From: an uncultured Candidatus Saccharibacteria bacterium
Lineage (GTDB): Bacteria; Patescibacteriota; Minisyncoccia; Phycocordibacterales; UBA9973
Assembly: GCA_964426555.1 (NCBI GenBank)
Contig: CAYRQJ010000005.1
Location: 5,901-69,900 of the forward strand
Direction of reading: 5' to 3'
Length of the DNA: 64,000 nucleotides
Shown here: positions 29,507 to 38,905 of the stretch, piece by piece
Layout of the letters: every line of letters begins with the position of its first letter
Numbering within the stretch: the first letter of the stretch is position 1
Translations under genes and position numbers: made by a program
The notes under the pieces: generated by a model
Told to the model about the DNA's origin: nothing
Seen by the model: the letters and a program-made list of their open reading frames with translations, nothing else
Databases searched by the model: none

Positions 29507-29535
29507 ATTTACTCATTTTAGAGTATATTGAAGCT

Positions 29536-30285
29536 ATGAAATTAGAAGACATTATACTTTTTGAAGACGAGGATATTATTCTTATAAACAAGCCTGCAGG
29601 TCTAACTGTACATCCAGATGGCAAGGCTGAATTTGAGACTTTGTCTGAAATGATATTGTCAGAAAGAAAAGACATGAAAAATGTCGGGGAACCCATTATA
29701 ACAGCTGATGGGGATGTAATAATGCGCCCTGGTATTGTCCACAGGCTTGATAGAGACACTACAGGTGTAATGGTTATAGCTAAGACCAACGACGCATATG
29801 AAAGCCTTAAAGAGCAATTTAAAGACCATAAGGTAAAGAAGAATTATCGAGCATTAGTAGTAGGTAGTTTCCGTAGTCCTCGTGGTGTAATCAAAGAACA
29901 AATTGGTAGATCAAATCAAGACATTCGTAAATGGGCTGCTGGTGTGCACGCTCGTGGTGAAAAAAGAGATGCATTGACTCGCTATATGGTAAAGCGATCT
30001 GGTAAAGTTAACGATGCATCAGGGGTTGCTCAAACTATTTCTTATATTGATGTATTTCCGGAAACTGGTCGTACTCATCAAATTCGTGTACATATGCAGT
30101 ATATTCAGCACCCAATTATTGGTGACGAGCTTTATGCATATTATGTTCCAAAATTTAGCGGAGTAAATCGCCAAATGCTTCATGCTTATTCAATTACTTT
30201 TACTCACCCAAAGACAAACAAAAAAGTTAGTTATATTGCTCCATTGCCAGTAGATTTAGAAAACGTTGTTAATTCAATGGAATAA
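29536..30285 (+). CDS. RluA/RluD-family pseudouridine synthase (no S4 domain)
   Basis: INKPAGLTVHP, HRLDRDTTG, TGRTHQIRVH, GDELY and LHA. Confidence 0.95.
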   Translation: MKLEDIILFEDEDIILINKPAGLTVHPDGKAEFETLSEMILSERKDMKNVGEPIITADGDVIMRPGIVHRLDRDTTGVMVIAKTNDAYESLKEQFKDHKVKKNYRALVVGSFRSPRGVIKEQIGRSNQDIRKWAAGVHARGEKRDALTRYMVKRSGKVNDASGVAQTISYIDVFPETGRTHQIRVHMQYIQHPIIGDELYAYYVPKFSGVNRQMLHAYSITFTHPKTNKKVSYIAPLPVDLENVVNSME

Positions 30286-30287
30286 TT

Positions 30288-30992
30288 ATGGCAAAAAAAA
30301 CCAAAGGTAAATTTATTGTTATTGATGGTACTGATGGGTCAGGTAAAGCAACTCAGGTAGAATTTTTATTAAAGAGACTTAAAAAAGAAGGCTACAATAT
30401 AAAAACTGTAGATTTTCCAGAATATTACAAAAACTTTTTTGGTGAATTTATTGGGCATTGTTTAGCGGAGCAATATTATAATTGGGTCAAAGTTCACCCA
30501 AAAATTGCATCTGTAATTTACGCAGCAGACAGATGGGAATCCAGCCAGCAAATAAAAGATTGGTTAGATAAAGGATATGTTGTGGTTGCAAATCGTTATG
30601 TTTCTTCAAACCAAATTCACCAAGGTGGTAAAATAACCGATCCTAAAAAAAGAAAAGATTTTTTAAAATGGTTAGACACAATGGAATACGAAGTTTTTAA
30701 AATTCCGCGTCCTGATATTGTATTTTATCTAGAAGTACCAATAAAAGTAACTCAAAAATTAATGGTTGAAAGAGACCAAAAACATGCTCGTCAATATTTA
30801 AAAAAGAAAGGGGATGTTCATGAGAATGATCCAGTATTTCTAGAAAATTCTCGTAAGTCAGCATTGAAATTAATCAAAGAACTAAATAATTTTATAAAAA
30901 TTTCTTGTGTTCGCGGTATGAATATGCGCACCCGTGAAGATATTCACGAAGATGTGTACACCGAAGTAAAAAAAGTAATTACTAAAAAATAA
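30288..30992 (+). CDS. tmk: Thymidylate kinase
   Basis: FIVIDGTDGSGKATQ, AADRW, ANRYVSSN and PRPDIVFYL. Confidence 0.9.
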   Translation: MAKKTKGKFIVIDGTDGSGKATQVEFLLKRLKKEGYNIKTVDFPEYYKNFFGEFIGHCLAEQYYNWVKVHPKIASVIYAADRWESSQQIKDWLDKGYVVVANRYVSSNQIHQGGKITDPKKRKDFLKWLDTMEYEVFKIPRPDIVFYLEVPIKVTQKLMVERDQKHARQYLKKKGDVHENDPVFLENSRKSALKLIKELNNFIKISCVRGMNMRTREDIHEDVYTEVKKVITKK

Positions 30993-31016
30993 ACCCACAA
31001 TTGTGGGTTTATTTTT

Positions 31017-31535
31017 CTACATTACCAAGTTATAAATAAATTTTACTATTGGGTCTATGTCTGGGCCGTAGACTATTGCAGCGCCCAGTGCACCAGTGAT
31101 GGTTACTGCGATGAAGCCAAATATTATAGACAATATTATAATAAATCTATTGTTTAAAATATAGTTTGCAATTTTTTGTTTTAAAATCCAAATTTTATTT
31201 ATTATACTTTCAGGTTTGAAATTAAATACATTATTTACTGAAAGAATTTTTATTAAATACAGTACTGCAATTACTCCAAATACTGCATTTGTAGTTCCAG
31301 CCCAAAAACTGTGTGTTTCGATTAGATTATGTAGATCAGGAAAATTGTCTTCAATTGCTTCACCAGAGCTTGCCGCAAGTAGGCCGCCGATAAATCCGGC
31401 AATTACTAAAATTGCTTTTGTATTTAATAGCCAAATTTTATCTGATAATTTTTTTTTACTAATTAATTCTAAAAAAGAATACAAAACTAAAAATGCAATA
31501 GGGAAATGTACTAAAAGTGGGTGTATATTTGTCAT
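31017..31535 (-). CDS. DUF2231-like membrane protein
   Basis: HPLLVHFPIA N-terminal motif; 4 TM helices with conserved His. Confidence 0.8.
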   Translation of the reverse strand: MTNIHPLLVHFPIAFLVLYSFLELISKKKLSDKIWLLNTKAILVIAGFIGGLLAASSGEAIEDNFPDLHNLIETHSFWAGTTNAVFGVIAVLYLIKILSVNNVFNFKPESIINKIWILKQKIANYILNNRFIIILSIIFGFIAVTITGALGAAIVYGPDIDPIVKFIYNLVM

Positions 31536-31574
31536 GCTTTAATTTTACTCTTGTTTAATATAGAATACAAATAC

Positions 31575-31997
31575 ATGCAAATAAAAGTTAAAAAACTAAA
31601 AGAAAATGCAAAACTGCCAACTTATGCTCATCCAGGCGATGTAGGAATGGACATGTATGCTATGGAAACAGTTACTATACCGCCAATGGGCCAGCATCGT
31701 TTTTTCCACGGATTTGCTTTAGAATTTCCAATTGGTTATGGAGCTTTTGTTATGGACAAAAGCAGTATTTCTAAAGCCGGCCTGCAAACTATGGGTGGAG
31801 TCTTTGATGCTGGATATCGTGGTGAATATAATACGCATTTAATTAATCTTTCAAGTGAATCTTATACCGTAGAAATTGGTGACAAAGTAGGGCAACTTGT
31901 TATTGTTCCAGTTAATATTGCTGAGCTTGAAGTAGTAGAAGAATTAACTGATAGTTCTCGTGGAATGGGAGCATTTGGTAGTACTGGTAAAAAATAA
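31575..31997 (+). CDS. dut: Trimeric dUTP diphosphatase
   Basis: GDVGMD, GVFDAGYRGE, GQLV and RGMGAFGSTG. Confidence 0.95.
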   Translation: MQIKVKKLKENAKLPTYAHPGDVGMDMYAMETVTIPPMGQHRFFHGFALEFPIGYGAFVMDKSSISKAGLQTMGGVFDAGYRGEYNTHLINLSSESYTVEIGDKVGQLVIVPVNIAELEVVEELTDSSRGMGAFGSTGKK

Positions 31998-32020
31998 AAT
32001 ATAAAACAAAAAGCAGCCAG

Positions 32021-32251
32021 TTATTCTCCAGCTGCTTTTTGTTTATTCTTATCGTCGTCAGTTTTTTGATTTTCTTTTTCTACTTCTTTTTCCGTACTTT
32101 GTTGCTTCTTTTTATCGTCTTCATTATTTTCTTCGTTTGGTTCTGTTACGGGATCGTCAGTTTTTTCAGGTGCTTTTTCTTTACCTTTACCACCATCTGC
32201 TACTATTGCAGTACTTGGCATTTCAATTTTTTTCATTAATTCTCTGAACAT
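32021..32251 (-). CDS. Small highly charged hypothetical protein
   Basis: 76-aa Lys/Glu-rich ORF, convergent with dut. Confidence 0.5.
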   Translation of the reverse strand: MFRELMKKIEMPSTAIVADGGKGKEKAPEKTDDPVTEPNEENNEDDKKKQQSTEKEVEKENQKTDDDKNKQKAAGE

Positions 32252-32307
32252 TTTATTATTATTAGCTTATTTACATATATTGTCAAATAGGGTAATATAT
32301 AAATATA

Positions 32308-32474
32308 AGCGCTTGAGAGGTTATCAGCCTTTAGCTTTGGGAAGAAACCCTAAACATTAAATTTAGTGTTCGGGCTAGTAGAACCCAGTAAATGAGAAGT
32401 AATTAAGGTGGTACCACGAGTGAAGCTCGTCCTTATATAACAATTAATTTTGTTGTATGTGGACGAGTTTTTTT
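32308..32474 (+). promoter_or_regulatory. T-box riboswitch (Ile, AUC specifier) upstream of ileS
   Basis: T-box AAGGTGGTACCACG (32405-32418) with antiterminator partner CTCGTCCTT; terminator ctcgtcc...ggacgag followed by T7; Stem II AAGAA/AGTAGAA loop; ATC at 32323-32325. Confidence 0.9.
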
Positions 32475-32489
32475 AGTTAATTAAATTTT

Positions 32490-35400
32490 ATGGAAGAAGA
32501 AAAAAAGATAAAAACAAATAACGAACACGAATTGGACGTAATAGAATTTTGGAAGAAAAACCAAATTTTTGAAAAGTCTTTAGAGAAAGATTCACCAAAT
32601 GGAGAATTTGTGTTTTATGATGGCCCTCCTACAGCTAACGGTCGTCCGGGAATTCACCATCTTGAAGCTCGAGCTTTTAAAGATGCAATTCCACGATATA
32701 AAACTATGCAAGGATACCACGTTCGTCGTAAAGGTGGATGGGACACACATGGACTACCTGTAGAACTTCAAGTTGAAAAAGCATTAGGTTTAACAAACAA
32801 AAAACAAATCGAAGAATACGGAATTGCTAAGTTTAATCAAGAATGTAAACAAAGTGTTTGGACTTATATTGATGAATGGGAAAAATTTACTGACCGTATT
32901 GGTTATTGGGTAGACCATAAAAATCCGTACGTTACATATCATAATAGCTATATTGAATCTCTGTGGGATGTAGTAAAAGAAATAAATAAAAAAGATATAT
33001 TATATAAAGATGATCGTATTGTGCCATGGTGTTCACGTTGTGGAACTGCACTGTCTTCTCACGAATTAGCCCAAGGTTATAAAGACGTAAAAGATCTTTC
33101 AGTTACCGCTAAATTTAAAGTAGTAGGGGTTGATAATACTTTTATACTGGCTTGGACTACAACACCTTGGACACTGCCGGGGAATGTTGCACTGGCAGTA
33201 AACGAAAAATTAACTTACGTAAAAATACAAGCAGGGGAAGAGCGATTTATTTTAGGTAAAGATAGGCTGTCTATTATTCAGGGTGAATTTAATATAATCG
33301 AAGAATTTACAGGAGATAAATTAATTGGTTTAGAATACGAGCCTTTGTATTCTTATTTTGCTGAACAATTTAAAGTTCAACAAAAATTAAATCCAACTAC
33401 TAACATGGGTGATATAGAAAAAGCATACCGCGTTTATGCTGCTGACTTTGTAACTGCAAATGATGGTACAGGTATTGTACATACTGCTGTAATGTATGGT
33501 CAAGATGACTTTGTATTGGGTACAAAACTAGGTTTGCCAAAATATCATTTAGTAAATTTAGATGGGACATTTAAAGATGGAATGGATTTTTTGTCTAACA
33601 GATTAGTAAAATCTATAGCAGAAAATGGCGAAGATACTGTTGCCATAGATATAATTAAAGATTTAGCACACAAAGGTCTTTTATTTAAAAAAGAAAAATA
33701 CGAACACAGTTATCCGCATTGTTGGCGCTGCCAAACACCACTTATATATTACGCTCGAGATTCTTGGTATATCCGTATGAGTGATTTACGTGAAGATTTA
33801 ATAATGAATAACAATTTTATTAACTGGGAACCAAAACACGTTTCTCAGGGTAGATTTGGTGAATGGATTAGTGAAGTAAAAGATTGGGCAATATCTCGCG
33901 AAAGATATTGGGGGACACCACTACCAATTTGGGAAGATACAAATGGAGTTCGTCATATTTTTACTAATAAAGCAGAATTAATAAAAAGTTCTAAAAATTC
34001 TGGTAATAATTATACAATGATTCGTCATGGTGAAGCACAAAGTAATTTAACTAAAACTTGTAGTTTTGCTAATGGAAATATTATTGATTTAACAGAGACA
34101 GGGGTAGAACAAATAAAGACTGCAGCCAGTGAATTAAAAGATAAAAAATTTGATTTAATTTATACTTCACCATTTCTTCGGACTCGTCATACTGCAGAAA
34201 TTATTGCAGATCAGCTGGGTATTCCACATGTAAATATTATTACAGATGATCGATTAGTAGATTTGAATACTGGAATTTTTGAAGGCAAAACTTGGCCAGA
34301 ATATTTTGATTTCTTTTCTGATAAAGATCGCTACAATGTTCCATCTCCTGGTGGAGAAAGTGTTCTAGATGTTAAAAGAAGAATTGGAGATTTTGTTTAT
34401 GAAATTGAAAAAAATACAAACGGTAAAAATATTTTAATTGTAGCTCATGGGATTAGTCTTTGGATGCTTGAATGTGTAGCAAAGGGGGCAGATATTCCAG
34501 GAATGAAAAAAATTCGTGAAGATTTAAATCATGATATTCACCAAGATTCACTTCCAAATGGTGCACATAAAGAATTAAATTTTGTACCAATGCCACATAA
34601 CCTTGATTATGAATATGACCTGCATCGTCCTTTTATTGATGAATTTCCAGTATTTAACGAAGCTGGAGAAAAGCTTACAAGAGTCAGCGAAGTAATGGAT
34701 GTCTGGTTTGACTCTGGGGCTATGCCATACGCACAAGATGGTTATCCAAATTTAACTGATAATATTCATTTCCCAGCAGATTATATTTGTGAAGGTATGG
34801 ACCAAACTCGTGGATGGTTTTATACTCTGCACGCTGTTTCGGCGTTACTTGGGCGTGGTCCAGCTTATAAAAATGTAATATGTCTGGGGCTTATTTTAGA
34901 TAAAGAAGGTCAAAAAATGAGTAAATCTCGTGGCAATGTTACATCACCTTGGGAGATGTGTGAAAAATACGGAGCAGATGCATTACGTTTTTGGATGTAT
35001 TCAGTAAATCAACCAGGAGACAGTAAAAATTTTGATGAAAAAACAGTTGATGAGGTTGTAAAAAAAGTTTTTAATCTTATCCGTAATGTTTATGCATTTT
35101 ATGATTTATACCGAAATCGAGATAGTGAGAAAACTTATGAAGAAAATACATTATCTAAAAACGTATTAGATAAATGGATATTAGCAAAGTTAAGTAATTT
35201 AATTACAAACACTACAAATTCATTGGATGCTTATTCATTGCTTAACCCCACTCGCGACATAAGAAGTTTTATTGATGATTTGTCTACTTGGTATTTGAGA
35301 CGCAGTCGTGACCGTATGCGTGAACTTGACCCACAGGCACTGCAAACAATTTATATTGTTTTAAAAAATTTAGCGAAATTAATTGCACCTTTTGCTCCAT

Positions 35401-35966
35401 TTATTGCAGAAGAATTATGGCTTGATTTAAAAAATGAAAAAGATGAACAAAGCGTTCATCTATCAAATTGGCCCAAATCCATAAACATTCCAGAAAACGA
35501 AATGTTATTAGAATCAATGGAGATGGTTCGTGATTTATGTACAGGGGGTCATGCTTTGCGTAAGTCAGTAAATATTCCTGTACGGCAGCCACTACTTTCA
35601 TTTACTATCGATAAAGAAATAGATGAAGAATTGCAAGATTTAATTCGTGAAGAATTAAACGTAAGAAATATTGTAATTTCAAATAAAATAGCATTAAATA
35701 CTGAAATTACAGATGAACTAAAAGACGAAGGTAATTTTAGAGAATTTGTTCGTTTTCTTCAGGATAATCGAAAATCTCAAGGGCTTAACGCTGGGCAAGT
35801 TGTTGATATAAAAATAAAATCAAATCATGATGCTTTTGAATTTATAAATCGTTGGCAAGAACAAATTAAAAAAGAGGTTTCTATTAATGAAATAATCACA
35901 GATAATTCTTTGAATAGTGAAATATTAAAAATAGAAAACATGGAATTTGCTATAATGTTCGTATGA
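32490..35966 (+). CDS. ileS: Isoleucine-tRNA ligase (type 2) with inserted histidine phosphatase domain
   Basis: FYDGPPTANG, GWDTHGLPVE, WTTTPWTL, DWAISRERYWG, DVWFDSG, DQTRGWF and KMSKS; internal RHGE...AHG domain. Confidence 0.96.
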   Translation: MEEEKKIKTNNEHELDVIEFWKKNQIFEKSLEKDSPNGEFVFYDGPPTANGRPGIHHLEARAFKDAIPRYKTMQGYHVRRKGGWDTHGLPVELQVEKALGLTNKKQIEEYGIAKFNQECKQSVWTYIDEWEKFTDRIGYWVDHKNPYVTYHNSYIESLWDVVKEINKKDILYKDDRIVPWCSRCGTALSSHELAQGYKDVKDLSVTAKFKVVGVDNTFILAWTTTPWTLPGNVALAVNEKLTYVKIQAGEERFILGKDRLSIIQGEFNIIEEFTGDKLIGLEYEPLYSYFAEQFKVQQKLNPTTNMGDIEKAYRVYAADFVTANDGTGIVHTAVMYGQDDFVLGTKLGLPKYHLVNLDGTFKDGMDFLSNRLVKSIAENGEDTVAIDIIKDLAHKGLLFKKEKYEHSYPHCWRCQTPLIYYARDSWYIRMSDLREDLIMNNNFINWEPKHVSQGRFGEWISEVKDWAISRERYWGTPLPIWEDTNGVRHIFTNKAELIKSSKNSGNNYTMIRHGEAQSNLTKTCSFANGNIIDLTETGVEQIKTAASELKDKKFDLIYTSPFLRTRHTAEIIADQLGIPHVNIITDDRLVDLNTGIFEGKTWPEYFDFFSDKDRYNVPSPGGESVLDVKRRIGDFVYEIEKNTNGKNILIVAHGISLWMLECVAKGADIPGMKKIREDLNHDIHQDSLPNGAHKELNFVPMPHNLDYEYDLHRPFIDEFPVFNEAGEKLTRVSEVMDVWFDSGAMPYAQDGYPNLTDNIHFPADYICEGMDQTRGWFYTLHAVSALLGRGPAYKNVICLGLILDKEGQKMSKSRGNVTSPWEMCEKYGADALRFWMYSVNQPGDSKNFDEKTVDEVVKKVFNLIRNVYAFYDLYRNRDSEKTYEENTLSKNVLDKWILAKLSNLITNTTNSLDAYSLLNPTRDIRSFIDDLSTWYLRRSRDRMRELDPQALQTIYIVLKNLAKLIAPFAPFIAEELWLDLKNEKDEQSVHLSNWPKSINIPENEMLLESMEMVRDLCTGGHALRKSVNIPVRQPLLSFTIDKEIDEELQDLIREELNVRNIVISNKIALNTEITDELKDEGNFREFVRFLQDNRKSQGLNAGQVVDIKIKSNHDAFEFINRWQEQIKKEVSINEIITDNSLNSEILKIENMEFAIMFV

Positions 35967-36412
35967 CATCATTTTTCCTAACATTTGCTAGATTTTTTAG
36001 AGCATTAAAAAGAAGCGTTAAAGATTCTGAATTTAGAAAATTATTTTTAGTTGTGCTTGCATTACTTTTTTCTGGGATGCTTTTTTATCACCTTGTAGAA
36101 GGCTGGAGATTAATTGATGCTCTTTATTTTAGCGTTACAACACTAACAACGGTTGGAACAAATTTTGTTCCACAGCACGATGTAAGTAAAATATTTACCA
36201 TGGTTTATTTAATTGTGGGTATTGGAGTAATGCTTTCTTTTATTACCCACGTTGCAGAACAAGCTAGAAAAGAAGCGTCTGTTTCCAAAGCTATTGCAAT
36301 AGAATCCTATGAACAAACTAAAAAAATAATAAATTCAATGAGTAATATGTTTGAACCCAAGGAAGAAAATGAAACAAAAAAAGAAATAAAAAATCTAAAT
36401 AAAGAATTATAA
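35963..36412 (+). CDS. 2-TM cation channel, NaK-like
   Basis: M0 helix, VEGWRLIDALYFSVTTLTTVG pore helix and KIFTMVYLIVGIG inner helix. Confidence 0.88.
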   Translation: MTSFFLTFARFFRALKRSVKDSEFRKLFLVVLALLFSGMLFYHLVEGWRLIDALYFSVTTLTTVGTNFVPQHDVSKIFTMVYLIVGIGVMLSFITHVAEQARKEASVSKAIAIESYEQTKKIINSMSNMFEPKEENETKKEIKNLNKEL

Positions 36413-36417
36413 TATCT

Positions 36418-36969
36418 ATGGCATATGATGTTTATTCACTAACCGGGTTTGTTGTTGATGTTCGAGATCATAAGGAATTCGACAAGGTTTTTACATTTTT
36501 TTCCAAAGAGCAAGGGTTTGTTGATATTTATGCTACATCTATTTCAAAACCAGAATCAAAGTTAAGATCTTTTATTGTTAGATATTGTTATTTAGATATA
36601 GAAATAGTTCACGGTAAAACTGGGTATCGGCTAATTCGTGCAAGAAGTAATGAAAATGGTTTTTTGGTTCACAAAAAAGAAGCATATTTTTTATTAAACA
36701 AATTTTGTAATTTATTAAAAAATTTAATACCTAAAAATGTACCGGACAGTTTGGCTTTTATGGTTCTTGTTAGTTTAACAAATCATATTTTAAATAATGT
36801 AATTACAAGCTCAGACGTGGAAAAAATATTTTTAATAAAAGCTCTAGAGCTTTTTAGCGCCATGGGCTATAGAGAAAAAGATAAATCTCTTGAGAATATT
36901 TCTGTATTTGAAATGAAGACTGAATACGAAAGCATTTTAGATGAAAATGGTTTAACAAATATGATATAA
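36418..36969 (+). CDS. recO: DNA repair protein RecO (divergent, N-terminal OB domain recognisable)
   Basis: GFVVDVRDHKEFDKVFTFFSKEQG...SKLR matches the RecO N-terminal pattern. Confidence 0.7.
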   Translation: MAYDVYSLTGFVVDVRDHKEFDKVFTFFSKEQGFVDIYATSISKPESKLRSFIVRYCYLDIEIVHGKTGYRLIRARSNENGFLVHKKEAYFLLNKFCNLLKNLIPKNVPDSLAFMVLVSLTNHILNNVITSSDVEKIFLIKALELFSAMGYREKDKSLENISVFEMKTEYESILDENGLTNMI

Positions 36970-36977
36970 TTGTATTT

Positions 36978-38870
36978 ATGGAATACGGGGGAGACAAAGA
37001 ATCAAATTTTATAAACGACAAAGAAACAAATCTTTATAGTACTTCTCGTGGGTCAGGTAACCCTGTTACTCATGAATTATCTGGAACAGCATTCAGGGTT
37101 CGTCAAAAAATTGATGATACTATTTTAGTTGATAAAAAAAATCCAAAAACTCGTGGAGGTTTAGCAAAAAAATTTTTCTTAATCTCATTTCTTATTCTTT
37201 GTATTGCTACTTTCTATGCTGGGTATAAATTATTTTTTTCAGAATCCAGAGAAGATTTTATTTCAAGACATATTGATGTAGTTATGGAAACCGCGCCATT
37301 TACTCGCGGGGGTGAACCTTTGAATTTAAATATATCTGTTACCAATAAAAACAATGTAGCGCTTCAAAATGTAAGTGTTGAAATAGAATATCCTCGGGGG
37401 AGCGAAGCTGTTACCCGGGATGATTTTGAAAGACAAACAGTAGAATTGGGGAATATTAATCCTGGCCAAAAGATAGAAAAGAATGTTACTTTAATTTTAT
37501 ATGGTGAACAAGGTAGTTATAAAGATTTAAAAGCAAATCTTGAATATTCTATTCCTGATTCTTCTTTGTCTTATAATAAAATTAGTAAAGCTGGAATAAC
37601 TATTAGTTCTTCTCCAATAATAATGGAAATTGATGCACCAAAAGATATTGCACCAAGCCAGCTTTATACAATGAGAATTAGAATAACTCAAAACACAAAA
37701 GCTTTACCAAACAATGCGTTGTTTACTATTGTTTTTCCTAGAGACTTTACTGTAGAAACTTTTTCACGTAAACCAGACTATGGTGTTGGAACGTGGCTTT
37801 TAAAATCAGTTAAAGAAGGTGATTATGAAGATATTATAATAAATGGAAGATTTAATTCTCAAGAAGGGGACGAGAGATCTTTTAAATTTTTATCCGGAGT
37901 TCCCGAGAGCGCTGACAAAAATGAAATCAAAACAAGCTATGTTAGTAAAACCCATGTAGTAACTGTAGCTAAACCATTACTTGATGCTTATATTGTTTTA
38001 GGTGAAGAAAAAGGTAAAACCATTGCTGTTGATCCTGATTCTTATGTAACAGGAACTTTGATATATCGTAATCGTTCTAATACTGCGGTTAAGGATCCAA
38101 AATTTAGAATAAAATTAACTGGTTCAGCGTTGGAAGAAGCTTCAATTTCTCCAATAGAAGGTTTTTATGATTCAAATACAAAAGAAATTTTTTGGGATAA
38201 AAATACTCTTCCTGCGTTAAACAATATTCCTGCGGGTCAAGAAGGGCGACTAACTTTTTCTTTCCGTGTTCTACCAAGATCAGTAAATGGGCCATCTTTT
38301 GTAAAAGAACCAATTGTAAATCTGGCACTTTCTTATTCAGGAGTTCGTGATGATGAAAGCCAAACATTTCAAAGTCTTGAAAATATTGAAAATGCTAGTG
38401 TTAGAGTATCTACTGAATTAAAAATTTCAGCTGATGTTATTCATGCTACTGGGGCTTTACCACCAAAAGCTGGAAGTGAGACAACATATCAAATTACATT
38501 AACGCTTACAAATACTCATAATGATGTTACCGGTGCAAAATTAATTTCTAAAATTCCATTTTATATGAAATGGGTTGGCAAGGTTAGTAAAAACGAAAAA
38601 ATTTCTTACAACCCAGATACTAGAGAAGTTATTTGGAATTTAGGTGATATAAAAAGCGGTAGTGGAACATCAGCTAATGAACGTAAAGGTGTATTTCAAG
38701 TTTCAATTATTCCATCTATCTCTCAAGCAGAATCTGCTCCAGAAATATTACAAAATATTCGTTTTTCAGGAACTGATTTGTTTTCAAATAAAGATGTAAA
38801 AGCAATATACCCAAATCTTACAACTAGAATTAGTAATGGTACAGACCAAGATGGTCTTGTAACCCAATAA
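36978..38870 (+). CDS. Membrane-anchored protein with tandem Ig-like (DUF11-like) domains
   Basis: Single TM helix, then beta-rich repeats (TTYQITLTLTN, VIWNLGDI). Confidence 0.65.
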   Translation: MEYGGDKESNFINDKETNLYSTSRGSGNPVTHELSGTAFRVRQKIDDTILVDKKNPKTRGGLAKKFFLISFLILCIATFYAGYKLFFSESREDFISRHIDVVMETAPFTRGGEPLNLNISVTNKNNVALQNVSVEIEYPRGSEAVTRDDFERQTVELGNINPGQKIEKNVTLILYGEQGSYKDLKANLEYSIPDSSLSYNKISKAGITISSSPIIMEIDAPKDIAPSQLYTMRIRITQNTKALPNNALFTIVFPRDFTVETFSRKPDYGVGTWLLKSVKEGDYEDIIINGRFNSQEGDERSFKFLSGVPESADKNEIKTSYVSKTHVVTVAKPLLDAYIVLGEEKGKTIAVDPDSYVTGTLIYRNRSNTAVKDPKFRIKLTGSALEEASISPIEGFYDSNTKEIFWDKNTLPALNNIPAGQEGRLTFSFRVLPRSVNGPSFVKEPIVNLALSYSGVRDDESQTFQSLENIENASVRVSTELKISADVIHATGALPPKAGSETTYQITLTLTNTHNDVTGAKLISKIPFYMKWVGKVSKNEKISYNPDTREVIWNLGDIKSGSGTSANERKGVFQVSIIPSISQAESAPEILQNIRFSGTDLFSNKDVKAIYPNLTTRISNGTDQDGLVTQ

Positions 38871-38905
38871 TTAACCTGTTGGTTAAATTATGCTAGAATA
38901 AAAAA

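Noticed and set aside
29392-29535. Upstream extension of the pseudouridine synthase ORF
   Set aside because: It overlaps the nrdB 3' end and terminator; the true start is ATG 29536 after a -10 box.
34005-34590. IleRS insertion as an intein or intron
   Set aside because: In frame, no Cys/Ser start or His-Asn end, no LAGLIDADG motifs; it has histidine-phosphatase motifs instead.
35960-35966. Alternative genetic code (UGA=Gly, as in Gracilibacteria/Absconditabacteria)
   Set aside because: Long conserved genes are intact under code 11, and ileS ends in TGA overlapping the next ATG.
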